DNA from: Malacoraja senta | Lineage: Eukaryota | Direction of reading: 5' to 3' | Length of the DNA: 60,540 nucleotides | Assembly: GCA_038087875.1 (NCBI GenBank) | Contig: JAXLNO010002420.1 | Location: 62,001 to 122,540, forward strand | In this document: positions 36,150 through 48,269 of the stretch, piece by piece | Position numbering within the stretch: position 1 is the stretch's first letter | Layout of the letters: every line of letters starts with the position of its first letter | Translations under genes and position numbers: made by a program | Notes under the pieces: model-generated | Told to the model about the DNA's origin: nothing | What the model saw: the letters and a program-made list of their open reading frames with translations, nothing else | The model's database searches: none

Positions 36150-36920
36150 GACTACTTCATAAATTATTCTGAAAATGTCCTTCCAGAAATTTTTGATTTT
36201 TATACAATTTACAAAGGTATGAGTTAAGTTAGCCTCTAAATGTTGGCATTTATCACAAATAGGAGAGATATGTGGGAAGATTCTATTTAATTTTGTTTTA
36301 GAATAATGTCATCTATGTAATACTTTAAATTGTATTAAGGCATGTCTGGCATTTAACGAGCATTGATGTATATATTGTAGACTTTAGTCCCAAATATCTT
36401 TCGTTATGGGTTGGCCTAATTCATTTTCCCATATAAATCCGTCAGCGGGACCTCACTATCTAAGAGGGTATTATAAATATGAGATATTAATTGTTCTGTA
36501 TTAGGATGTTTATTCAAACATTCATCAAGGATTTCTGGTTCCCTAGTTCTGTAATCTTGTGTATTTGATTTAATGTAATCTTTAAGTTGTAAATATCTGA
36601 AAAAGTTATTTGAGTGTGGTCCGTAAATCTGTTGTAACTCCTGAAATGAAAGAAAAGTGCATTTCCTAGAAAGATGTCCCATCTTTTTAATTCCATAATT
36701 TTTCCATTGTGTAAAGCCTTTATCCAACATGGAAGGTTTGAATAAAGGGTTGTTTATAATGGGGAGACAGTGATAAATTATCCAATTTTAAAGTCTTTTT
36801 TAATTGTTTCCAAATTCGTATACCACTATATATTATAGAATTTTCACTATAGGTTTTTTAATGCAATTTTGTGGGAGCAAATATAATTGAACCAATATCA
36901 AAAGGCAAACAGTCTTTCAC
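34570..36920 (-). mobile_element. Decayed 3' fragment of an L1/Tx1 related to the 23040-28463 element, split by the 35265-36150 repeat
   Basis: DKGFTQWKNYGIKKMG...FRYLQLKDYIKSNTQ...EILDECLNKHPNTE closely resembles ORF2 around 27210-27480. Confidence 0.82.
35265..36150 (+). mobile_element. GC-rich non-autonomous element with an L2-type 3' tail and (TTA)n
   Basis: Ends CTGTAAGGTGTCCTTGAGACTCTTGAAAGGCGCCCATAAATAAAAT(TTA)n; CpG-rich body with no credible ORF. Confidence 0.55.
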
Positions 36921-37244
36921 TATTTTGTATGATTCAATTGATGTCTTTCATATTAGTTAACCATGGATTTTCTTGACCACAGTTGACAGCCCCTAATGGG
37001 ATTGCATGTCTATCACACATCTCAAAAGAGCACAGCGTTAAGCTTCGAAGGGCAAAATTTACACGAGATGTGCAGGTCAAGTGTTTTTTTGCACAGAGAC
37101 AGCTTGATACCTAGAATGCGCTACCAGGAGTGGTGGTAGAGGAGGACATGATAATGGTGCTTAAGAAAGTTTTGGACAGGCTCGTGGGTATGCAGGGAAT
37201 ACAAGGATATGGATCACGTGCAGGCAGTGGAGATTAGTTTTGGT

Positions 37245-37530
37245 TTAGTTTAGAGATAGAGTATGGAAACAGCACCTTTGGGCCACTTAGTCTGCACTGA
37301 CCAGCAATTGCCCATTCACTATTTCTGTCCTACAAGCTAGGGACAATTTACAGAAGCCAATTAACCTGCATGTCTTTTGTATTTGGGAGGAAACCGGAGC
37401 CCCCAGAGAAAACCCACAGGGTGACAGAGAGAACGTACAAACTCCGTCCAGACAGCACTCTAGTCAGGATCGAACCCGGGTCTCTAATGCTGTAAGACAG
37501 CCACTCTATCACTGTGCCTCTGTGTTGCCT
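37245..37530 (-). mobile_element. HE1-like SINE
   Basis: Reverse-complement match to the SINE family. Confidence 0.75.
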
Positions 37531-40204
37531 TAGTTTAACTTGGTATCCTGTTCCACATGGACATTGCAGGCTGAAAGTCCTGTTCTTGTACTGTTCTATG
37601 TTCTATATATTCTCATTGGACAGGGCAGAGATATGTTTTCCACTCCTCCAGCCTCCATGTTGAATACTTCCTCCCAGTTTAAATCTGATTCAATTAGTCA
37701 ATCCATTTCTCCCTCCCCTCCTGCCCTGATCCCCATTCTATATTTTGAAGTAGTCATTCCCTTTTTCGCTCCCTGGTCTGTCTACTATCCCCACAACTTT
37801 CCTCTACTTTCCTGTCTTGGTGCAAGCAACATCTATCCATTTACCACTTTCCATAGACCCAGGCAGTTCTTCAAAGTGAAACAGCGTGAAACACTTGGAC
37901 TTCCAGTCAAATCTACTGCATTTGGTTTTCATGACGTAATCTTCCACATTGCATCAATGAAACAAATAGAATGGCTGCTTTCTGGAGAACCTGCATTCAA
38001 TCCATGAGACTTTCTAAGATTCATAATTCCTGCCACTTTAATTCTCCATTCAACACCCACCATGATCCATCCATCTGTACCTCTTACACTAGGATAACAA
38101 GGGTGAAAGTAGCCTTGAGGACCAACAACTCAGCTTCTGTCTGGACATGTTGCAGCCTTTCAAACTCAATTCCACATTCAACAAGTTGCATTCCCTGTCG
38201 ATAAAAGAACTAGTCCTTTCAACTGTTAAGTTGAAGACAGAAAGAACAGATGCAAGAAGTATGAAGCAGGATTCCAAGCTGAAAGATTACATAATCATGT
38301 CTTCCAGATGCTGCCTGAGCCACTGAGTTACACCTGCACGTTTTTGTGTGTTTTTAAATTACAGTTAAGTTATCCACCTGCAAAATCAGGACAGCCTGAC
38401 CTACTTGAGTACTGCAGTATGTGCTGCATTTTATATAACTCTGTTTAGTTTCATGCATGCAGAGATGCAGTGAAATGGTTTGGATGGAACAGCAGATGCT
38501 GGACACCCCGTCCCTTCTCTCCAGAGATGCTGCCTGCCCCGCTGAGTTACTCCAGATTTTTGTGTCTATCTGCAGTGAAATGGTTGTTCTGCATTCTCCC
38601 CAGTCATGTCATACTGTACATAAGTACAATACGTCCACTTCTGGAACAGCACGCAGAGATCCACCACATTCCAGTACTATCTTGCAGCTTTCAAGTCTCT
38701 GAGAAGTCTGATTTTGCCCTAAGGAAATACCCAATTTCTAATTTTCTCATGTTAAGGCCCAGTGTCATAACAGCACTGGATTGATGAAGTTGAGGCGCCT
38801 GCCTCAGTTTAAGTTTTTCTGTTTCAAGATTGTGACCGAACCCTCATCACTGAACTGTGCCGCAGTGCCACCCCATTACGTATCAGTCCCAATTATCTTT
38901 CAACATGCTGGAATCACTTGTTTTTTTAATCCTTTTTAGACTTTTTTCATGAATTGTTCAGCATAAACAGTTATGCTACAACAAAGTTAAGCGCAGCTAC
39001 CACTTAGTTCCAGAGACGTAACAACACAAGAGATAGTGTTGGAAGAATGATCAAACTCACACATAGTGGTTATTAGTAACTTTGCAGAGGAAACACAAGG
39101 TGCTTTCTTCTCAGCATGCTTACTACCAGTCTACCAGAGAGAGAGAGAGAGCTGTCTAATAAGCCTGTGGGCGGAGCCACAGTATGAGTGACACTAAACT
39201 ACAGATAGGCACAGGGATAAGTTTCGGTTTATTATTGTCACGTTTAGTTTCGAGGTACAGCATGGAAATAGGCCTTTTGGCCCACTGAACCTGTGCTGAC
39301 TAACGACCACCCAAATATTAGTTCTATCCTACACACTATGGACAATTTACAGAAGCCAAAAAACTTACAAACCTGTACGTCTTTGAATGTGACGGAACTG
39401 TAGCACCCGGAGATAACTCACATGGTCACAGGGAGAATATATGAACTCTATATAGACAGCACCCATTGTCAGGATTGAACTTTGGTCTGTGGTACTGTAA
39501 GGCAGCAACTTTCCAGGTACAGTTGCATGCTATCCAATTGGATGAGATAACAACATACATATATATGATCAAGTCAACTCAAGTACTGAAGGTAGAGCAA
39601 AAGGGAAGATACAGAGTGTGGCATATAGTTCTCAGCAATGTAGCACACCAGTTCCATTAGATAAGGGTTTCGACACAAAACGTGACACATTCCTTCTCTC
39701 CAGAGATGCTGCCTGACCCGTTGAGTTACTCTAGCATTTTGTGTCTATCTGCGGTTTAAACCAGCATCTACAGTTTCTTCCTGCATAGTTCCATAAACAA
39801 AGTCCACTGTCTGTAATGGGGTAGTGGTCAATTGGACAGTACCCTAGCTTATGGAACGATCATTCAGAAGCCTGATTTTCTCCTCAGTTATCAAGTTTCC
39901 GAGTAAGCCATTTGGTCCTCTAACCTGCCCACCATTCAATATGACCATGGCTGACGTTCCTCAGGCATCAACTCCTGTTCGGTGCCAGTTCCTCATTGCA
40001 CTCAATTCTCCAATCTTTCAAAAGTTTAACTACCGCCATATTAAATGCTTCCAATGATTTTGTCTTCACAAATCTCTGGCGCCAGAGAATGACCACACTC
40101 TGCAAAAAGAGATTTTGTAAACAAATGACTGGTCTCTTTTATCTCTTATTGAAGAGGAGTGAAAATACTGCCAATTTTAAGCTTGTCCCCTCCCCAATTG
40201 GCCC

Positions 40205-40570
40205 TCATTTCGTAACTTGTATTAGTTTATTATTGTCACGTGAACTGAGATACAGTCAAACGTTTTTCTGTGTGTTATCCAATCAGATCATACTTCACAT
40301 GTGCAATCAAGCCATCCACAAGTAGATCAGTGCAAAGAGCAAAAATATTCAGAGTGCAGAATATCGGGTTACAATATCATAGCATTACAGTTACAGAGAA
40401 AGTGCAGATCAAAAAGAGTTGCAAGGATCACAATGAGATTGGTTGGAAGATCAGGGCAACATCTTATCTTACATGAGAATCATTCAGTAGTCCAATAACA
40501 GCGGGGAAGAAGCTGTTCCTGAATTTAATGGTACGTACTTTCAAACTTTGTGTGTACTGTCTTAACAGGG
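40205..40570 (-). mobile_element. Rex1/Babar-type 3' fragment just upstream of the alpha3 exon
   Basis: QSLKVRTIKFRNSFFPAVIGLLN on the minus strand plus the family tail. Confidence 0.6.
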
Positions 40571-40737
40571 AGCGTATAATCCCTTTTAAACCACGTGGTT
40601 GGTTAATGGTGACGAAAGAGGCAAAATGGGGCAGATGTAGACCGTAACTTGGTGGTTGTAGTAGACTGAAGAATATTTTGTGATGGGTGACTGCACGTTT
40701 TACTGAAGGTGAAAATAACCAACTTACTGTCTTGTAG

Positions 40738-40997
40738 TTTCCCCTGAGGTCACTCTCGCTGCCCGCCCTGATGATCATTCAGTCCTGTACTGCACTGTGT
40801 TTGGATTTTACCCATCAATGTCAGCTGGTTGCAGAATGGTCAACATGTCTCTGAGATGAAATCTTCTGGGGTCGTACCCAACAACGATGGAACATATCAT
40901 CTAAGGTCTGTCCTTGAGTATGATCCGTATGATGGGAAACAGTATTCCTGTCATGTCGATCACAGCAGCCTGCCCGGTGGGAAGACCATCATCTGGG
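40738..40997 (+). pseudogene. MHC class I alpha3 (Ig C1-set) exon carrying a frameshift
   Basis: Acceptor cttgtAG|TT, donor G|GTAAGA. The 5' part reads VSPEVTLAARPDDHSVLYCTVFGFYP. The 3' part, in another frame from 40814, reads INVSWLQNGQHVSEMKSSGVVPNNDGTYHLRSVLEYDPYDGKQYSCHVDHSSLPGGKTIIW. Read through unshifted, it stops at TGA 40857-40859. Confidence 0.9.
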
Positions 40998-41073
40998 GTA
41001 AGAACGTTAAATATTCTTTCGTAGATAATCATTATCTTCTGTTGTTTCCATTTTAATCATTGTGACTACATCT

Positions 41074-42123
41074 AGGTATGTTACAAAACTTACCTTCAGC
41101 GGCGCTGCAGTTCTGTCACTGCCCGTGTGCGCGACTTTGGCGCCTTCGAGATGGGGGCGGGTTTAAAATGCGATATTTCGGCAGCCTGTTCTAAACGATC
41201 TTGAACAGGCTAAATAGTTGATGAAGAAAAATCGCTTCGACTGCCGTTTTATTAAGTTTATTAATATTAGCGCTTTATAATTTAATTGTTGGAGTAAAAT
41301 TAAAATCATCTTCAAATGCCGTAAACGCCGACAACGGGGACGGATTTCACGCACGGGACAAGGCAAGGTACACCATTTATTTTTTCATATAAACTTGCTT
41401 CTTAGGATGCCTTTAATAAAAATTTCAAGTTGCGAAAATGTGATTATTTAAATATACCAACTGGCCGTATTTTTCCTGCCGATATTGGGGTTTAATTCAG
41501 TGCAACCGCAGCGTTCCAAACCAGCGCGTTCCACAAAATCCCACACGCAAGATGATTTAAATGGCCATTAATTTACAGGAATTAAACACTAAATTCCTTC
41601 CATTTGGCCTATAAATTAATGACAATGAGATTTAAAAATCATTTTATATTGTGAATTCTTGTGTGAATGTTATTTGGACACTTAGGCTTTTTAAAAATGT
41701 TAACTTTTTCTTAAGAAATGGATAGATATTTAGATATTTAGATCTAGTAATTGAATTTTGTAATTAGCTACAATTGGGTAACTAACTAATTATATGCTTT
41801 AATTTCAGGTCATCCAAGTAAGATTGTTTCATATTTGTTTCAGAATGCTTCAATCTATAATAACTGAAAATTTCATTAAGTTCTCTTAATTTTTAAGAAA
41901 GTTATGGGCTTTTGACTGTCCTTGATCTCAGCTTTTGTGTTAAGTCAATGGAAAAGCAATAGGGAACAAGATGCTAATTTCCGAGTATGAAAATGGCCAA
42001 ACTTTTTTAATACTGAAGATATGAAAGTGAATTAGGTGTCAAATTAAACTTCTTTTTATGCTTTATCTGATGGGATAAATTACAGATTTGATTTTTTAAA
42101 TCTCAAAATGTTGTGACATTGCT
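41074..42123. mobile_element. 1.05-kb non-coding putative DNA transposon in the alpha3-TM intron
   Basis: Imperfect TIRs (AGGTATGTTACAAAACTT vs reverse complement AGCAATGTCACAACATTT); flanking repeat ACTACATCT/ACTACATCC. Confidence 0.55.
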
Positions 42124-42419
42124 ACTACATCCCATATTCCAAGATGCTTAAACTTTCTTTGTTTAGTGGTGTTGCTCTAAGTAATCACGTAATCAGCACC
42201 CACTCTCCACATGAGCAGAATACTTTGTCAACAGAAAATTTATTAAAAGTAAGTAAATAAATAACTAATATAAAAGGAAGGAGTATTTGGGATGCTCAGT
42301 GGTGGAACTGATATCCATGAAAGGTATGTTTAAATATAAAATGAATCTTTCCTCATGATGTGATTAACAGCAAGGCACTGGGGGAGTACATGCCCCAATC
42401 TGAATCAATGGTCTGAAGT

Positions 42420-42960
42420 GGAAATGATTGCGAGCTTCATGTTCCTTGGCATGAATATATCCAATATTCGGTCATGGACTGGCCACATAGCCAAGGGGGC
42501 ACACCGACACCTCTACTTCCTCCGGAGACTGAGAATATTCATCATGTCTCTGGTGACTCCAGCAAACATCTATAGATGCTGCTAGAGAAAGCATGTTGTT
42601 GGGTTGCATCACATCTTGATTTGGGAACTGCACTGCCCAAGACTGCAAGAATATACAAAGAGTTAAAGATCATCACACAGCCCAGACTCCCCACTATTGA
42701 CCCAATCTACACCAGGTACCCTTGGAAAACGAGACTTATCCCACCCCGGTCATTCCTCCTTCCTGCTCCCATCAGGCAATAGGTACTGAAAGTTGAAAAT
42801 AAGCACTGCCAGACTCAGGAACACCCCCTTTCCACCTGTTAACAGGCTTCGGAAGGGTTCTTCCATAATGTAGGTTTAAGGCCCGATTCACCTCAACCTC
42901 ATTGAACATTGAACATTGTCTATGGAACTGATGCGTCAGAATGCTGAGAACTATATTCTG
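42420..42960 (+). mobile_element. Old Rex1/Babar-type fragment
   Basis: IAKGAHRHLYFLRRLRIFIMSL...NIYRC resembles the element at 6483-7215. Confidence 0.55.
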
Positions 42961-43974
42961 TACTCTGTATCCTCCTCTTTGCTCTATCTATTGTTTTTGA
43001 GTTTTTTATTTATGTATAGTATTATCTAATTTGTTTGGATACAAAACAAACCTTTGCACTGTATCTTGAAACATCTGACATTAATAAAACTAAACCTAAT
43101 GAAGTAAGTTCTGTGACGCAAGTTACAGATTTAGCAACGAAAAATATAACTGCCTGACAAACAGCGATCGTAGAAGTTTGATTCCAGGTATGCTGCACTA
43201 ACCTACACAAATGTTCACTTTTGAAGATTCCCTCGAACAATGCACAACTAAGGAATCTGATGTTTCACTCTGAAGACTGTTGACATACTCCAGAACTTAA
43301 TTTCCAACCTATCTATGTATCATCAGCAATCTAGGCTACAGCGCCACCAGTCCCTTCATCTGCTCTTAATACTAACGATAAGTAGTTCACTTTCTTGCAT
43401 TGATTCCCAACCTGCAGTTGCAGTTTCCCAACCTGAACACTCCTTTAAGTCAACTCTCTGCTTGCTCTTAATTGTTTTTCCATTCATGCTAATTATTACC
43501 CCCAATGTCATAAGCCATGTGCCTTTGCATCACTTGATCAGATATCTTATGAAAATCCAGATATTGTGGCGACATCTGGTGGTCAGGCCACTTATTGCTA
43601 GGACCCTCGTCAGGTGAGCTGGGACTATCACGTGACAGGGTTTTGGTGGGAGTTGGTGATGAGTTAATCGCCAGTCAACTGGTGTGCCCGATAACAACGG
43701 CAGGAACTTTGCTCAAGTCCTTACTAAACGCGAGTGTGCCAAAACTGTATTTCTTAAAAAAACATTGGTTTATTCACGACGCTTGAATCTCTACAATATA
43801 TTGTATTTCTTTTGTTTCTCATTCCAATTTTGCTACCTATTCTGCTTTTCCATCATTTTGTTTTTGAATTTTAGGCTGTGCACACCTGCAAACTACTGCT
43901 GCTCAAATATACATTGTCTACTGGTTCCTGTTGTATTTTCAAAGAATTCAAATCAATTTCTCAAACAAAGTTTG

Positions 43975-44190
43975 AAGAAGGGTCCCAAAACGAAATGTCA
44001 CCTGTCCATGTGTAGGGAGAAACTGCAAATGCTGGTTTACACCGAAGATGGACACAAATTGCTGGAATAACTCAGCTGGTCAGGAGAAAGGGAATAGGTG
44101 ATGTTTCGGGTCACAATCCTTCTGACTGAGTCCATGTTCGCCAGATATGTTGCCTATTTCGCTGAGTTACTCCAGCATTTTGTGTCTATC
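43975..44190. mobile_element. Foldback cluster of hammerhead-type PLE repeats
   Basis: Alternating orientations of the GCTGGAGTAACTCAG / CTGAGTTACTCCAGC unit. Confidence 0.6.
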
Positions 44191-44758
44191 ATGTATATTC
44201 TTTCCACTGACTGGTTAGCACGTAACACAAGCTTTTCACTGTACCTCAGTACTCGTGACAATAAACTAAACTAAAGCTTTTGTGTAAATCAGTATCTGCA
44301 TCTCTTTCTTTCTACAATTTTCCTGTTAATGCACTTTATTGTTTTGTTATTACTTAAATGTTCTGCATTACTGAAAGGAATCCAGCATTTTCCCCAAAAC
44401 AGATGTTAGATTATATAGGGTTAAAGCTTTTTGCTTTCAATTCGCCTTCTTTCATGAATTAAGTTGTGGCTGTGATGGTGCCATAGATCATAGAGTTGTA
44501 CAGAACATATATTGTCCCTTTGCCATGTTGCAGAACGTGATTCAAAACACCATATCATCTTATATACCTTGAAAAGCGCCAAAAATAGACACAAAATGCT
44601 GGAGTAACTCAGCGGTCAGGTAGCTTCTCTGGAGAAAAGGAATAGGTGGCATTTCGGGTCGAGACCCTTCTTCACTCTGAAGTCTTCAGACAGTGCCCAT
44701 CTATTTAGCTGCACAGCTTAACAACTGATTTGTAAAATTATGCATTCTTATTTTTCAG

Positions 44759-44866
44759 AAGGAAATAGGAAGAAAGACAGGCACATAGGCCTTATTGCCG
44801 TGTGTGTGCTGTTATTGCTGGCTATTGTCTTGGCAGTAATTGTTTGGTGGAGAAAAAAGAGGAGAG
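44759..44866 (+). CDS. Connecting peptide/transmembrane exon of the MHC class I-like gene (108 nt)
   Basis: Acceptor ttatttttcAG|AA, donor G|GTAAGA, phase 1/1. Translates (E)GNRKKDRHIGLIAVCVLLLLAIVLAVIVWWRKKRR: a hydrophobic stretch of about 21 residues followed by a basic stop-transfer cluster. Confidence 0.88.
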
Positions 44867-45119
44867 GTAAGATGGAAAAATTGTGATGCACTGTTGCTAG
44901 TAAAGGTATTGGGCTTGAAGAAATGATCGATCTCAAGTAGGATAAGGCAGCAGCTACACCTGAAATGCCTCGACAGTCACCACTGTCAACTAGCCTTTGT
45001 GCTGTTGTTAAATGTTTCTGATAATCAGATTTTTTATAATTGTGAATTCAGTGTAATTTTTTTTTAAACATTATGGATTCACTGCCCCAAATCCTAGAAA
45101 TATCAATGAGTCATTAAAA

Positions 45120-45430
45120 AGTACAGCATGGAAGCAGTCCTTTTGGCCCACCGTGTCCATGCCAACCACCAACCACCTGTTCTCATGAATTCTATCTCAT
45201 TGCACCTTCTCATCCAGTCACCCACCCACAAGGGGCAATTTACAGTGGCCAATTAAACTATAAACTGACACATCTTGGGATGTGTGAGGAAGCCGGAGCC
45301 CCTGGAGGGATCCAATGCGGTTACACGGAGAACGTGCAAACTCCACATAGATGGCACTCGAGGTCAAAATTGAACCCGGGTCTGTGTCGCAGTGAGGCAG
45401 CAGCTCTACCAGTTGTGACACTGTGCTGCT
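45120..45430 (-). mobile_element. HE1-like SINE
   Basis: Reverse-complement match to the SINE family. Confidence 0.72.
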
Positions 45431-45507
45431 CTGTTGGGGGCTCGCACTGTTCATGATCCAAGTCAGCTACGAGGCAGATTGGTTGCAGTTTAACATTTAC
45501 TAGTTTT

Positions 45508-45800
45508 GTTTAGTTTAATTTAGAGATACAGTAACGAAACAGGCCCTTCGGCCCATCGAGTCTGCGCTGACCAGCGATCCCCGCACATTAACACTATCCT
45601 ATACACACACACCATGCGAATTAACCTACATACCTGTGCGTCTTTGGAGTGTGGGAGGAAACCTTAGATCTTGGAGAAAACACACGCGGTCATGGGGAGA
45701 ACGTACAAACTCTGTACAGACAGCATCAGTAGTCGGGATCGAACCCGGGTCTCCGGTGCTGCAAGCGCTGTAAGGCAGCAACTCTACCGCTGCACACAGT
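45508..45800 (-). mobile_element. HE1-like SINE
   Basis: Reverse-complement match to the SINE family; TTTAG tail at the left end. Confidence 0.8.
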
Positions 45801-46711
45801 AGCCGCCTCCGTGGCCACTGTTGCTGGAAGACTCTATGTTTCTATGACTCAAAATTAAGTGGGAATGTGAGTAGTGGGCGAAATGGTTCAAAGTGGAAAG
45901 TCGAATGAATGAGCAACAACATGACAGGTGGACTACAATGTGAAACAGGGCAGCACTGAGTCAGAGACCTTAATTAAATACCGACATCTGTGGAGTTTGG
46001 ATGTTGTTCCTGTGACCATGTGCGTTTCCCCAGGTGCTCTGGTTTCCTCCCACATCCCCAAAACATGGTTTGGAGGTTAGTTGTCCCCTGGATTGTGCAT
46101 GATACAATGTGGGGAGAGCTGATGAGAATGTGGGACAAATGTAGGATTAGTGTACATGAATGGTTGGTGCAGGTCAGTGCGACAAAGGCCATGTTTGTAT
46201 GCTGCATATTTCCATGACTATGATGTAGAAAGATGCTGACTATTTTTGAATTATAAGATTGGGAAAGACTGTGAGGGACAGTGCTATAGTAACTCAGCAG
46301 GTCAGGCAACATCCCTGGAGACCATGGATAGGTGACAATCTGGTTCGAGACTCTTCAGGCAAATTACAATGGGTATTCCTCCGCTTAAGTCTGATAGTAG
46401 TGTACAGATGCACCTCAACCACTGACGTGCTCAACAAGTGCCCCAATGAGTTGAATTAAAGTATGTTTGGAGTAACATGCAGCAGTCCTTAAAATCTACC
46501 ATTTCCCAAATCCCAAGAGAGCTGGATGATCAGGGATTTAGTGTAAATTCAGTCATCTATATCACTGATTTCTTGCCTGTGATCACACTGTTGTAAGATA
46601 TATTCTGGTGATGAATTGCAGTTCACTTTCCTCCTGTGTAAAGGAGTTATTGTGTTGAATATAACAAGTGGAAGGGAAAGTCAGTGTAGGATTTAGAGTT
46701 TGTACATAATG

Positions 46712-47000
46712 CAGCATGGTAGTGCAGCTGGTAGAACTGCTGCCTCACAACGCCAGAGACCCAGGTTCAATCTGGACCTCGGGTACTGTCTACGTGGAGT
46801 TTGCACGTTCTCCTTGTGACTATGTGGGCTTCCTCAGGGAGCTCCGGTTTCCTCCCATATCCCAAAGATGAGCAGGTGTGCAGGTAATCATCCTCGGTAA
46901 GTCACCCTGATAGTGTAGGGGGTGGATGGGAAATCTATTATGAATGGGCGATTGCTGGTTAGTATGGATTTGGTGGCACAAATGGCCTGTTTACTCACTG
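46712..47000 (+). mobile_element. HE1-like SINE, followed by a HER1-like tail (about 47010-47185)
   Basis: GCAGCATGGTAGTGCAGCTGGTAGAACTGCTGCC...GGTTCAATC head. Confidence 0.75.
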
Positions 47001-48269
47001 TATCACTGTTTTCAAGAGAGAGTTAGATTTAGCTCTTAGGGCTAAAGGAATCAAGGGATATGGGGAAAAAGCCGGATCGGAGTATTAATTTTGGATGATC
47101 AGCCATGATTGTATTGAATGGCGGTGCTGGCTCAAAGGGCCGAATAGCCTATTCCTGCACCTATTTTTTTTTATGTTTCTATCTTTCTATTAAATAAACT
47201 AAATTGGAAGACAGAAGGTATTGACTGATGCATCTTCACGCCAGCTGTAAATGTCATAAACTGTGAGAATTGATTGCAAATGTTATACAATATTATAAAC
47301 TAAACTGGGTGATCAAAATGACAAGATGGATGAAGAGCAGAATTTTCATTGAAATAACAGACGTGCAGCTTTCTCGAGCACTTGGCCTTGGTTGTGTAAT
47401 ATTTCCTCTTCAAAATACAATGTTCCCAGGCACTGCTGGTCTGAGACACCACTCAGCAAGTATATTTCCTGAAACGGAGGTTCTGCTTTCATGGTATCAA
47501 GATGTCTAACAGCTCCAGCACCCAGATCAGAACCTTGCCAAAACTAAGAATGCAGCAACAATTTAGTCATTGAACATCAACGACATGCATATTTGAACTG
47601 AGACAATGGTTAGCTTATTATCACGGTAAACCAGTCGTGGTCATGGGTCTGCCATTGTGGTCACTATTACTGAGGGTGATTAACTATCATTTAGCAATGA
47701 AATGGAAAAGAATTGGCTTTTCAAGCCCACGGAGCCATAGAGTCATACGGCATGGAAATGGGCCCTTTGCCTCAACTTGGCCATGTCAACCAAGATGCCA
47801 TGTTTAAACTACAATTTTCCTGCAATTGACCCATATCTCACTGAACCTTTCCTATCTACAGTATGTACCTGTCCAAGTGTGTTCTAAATGTTTTTTAATA
47901 CCTGCCTCAACTCCTTCCCCTGGAATGTTCTTCCATATTTCCACTTCCTCTGGTTCCGAGTAACTCGTTTCCTTCTCACCTTAAACCTAATGCCTCTGGT
48001 TCTTGATTACATAAGGCTGGTTAAAAGATTCTGTGCATTCAATCTATCTATGCTCCTTGATTTTATAAACTTCTATAAGATCACCCCTCAGCCTCTTGCG
48101 TGCAAAGTACTAAAGTCCAAGCATTCTCATCCTCTCCCTGAATCACAGGCCCTGTTAATGACATCCTTCCGATAGTGGAGTGACCAAAACTTAGCACAAT
48201 ACTCCAAATGTGGCCTCACCAACATCTTGTACAATTGTAGCAAAACATCCCAACTTTTTTATTCAGTAC

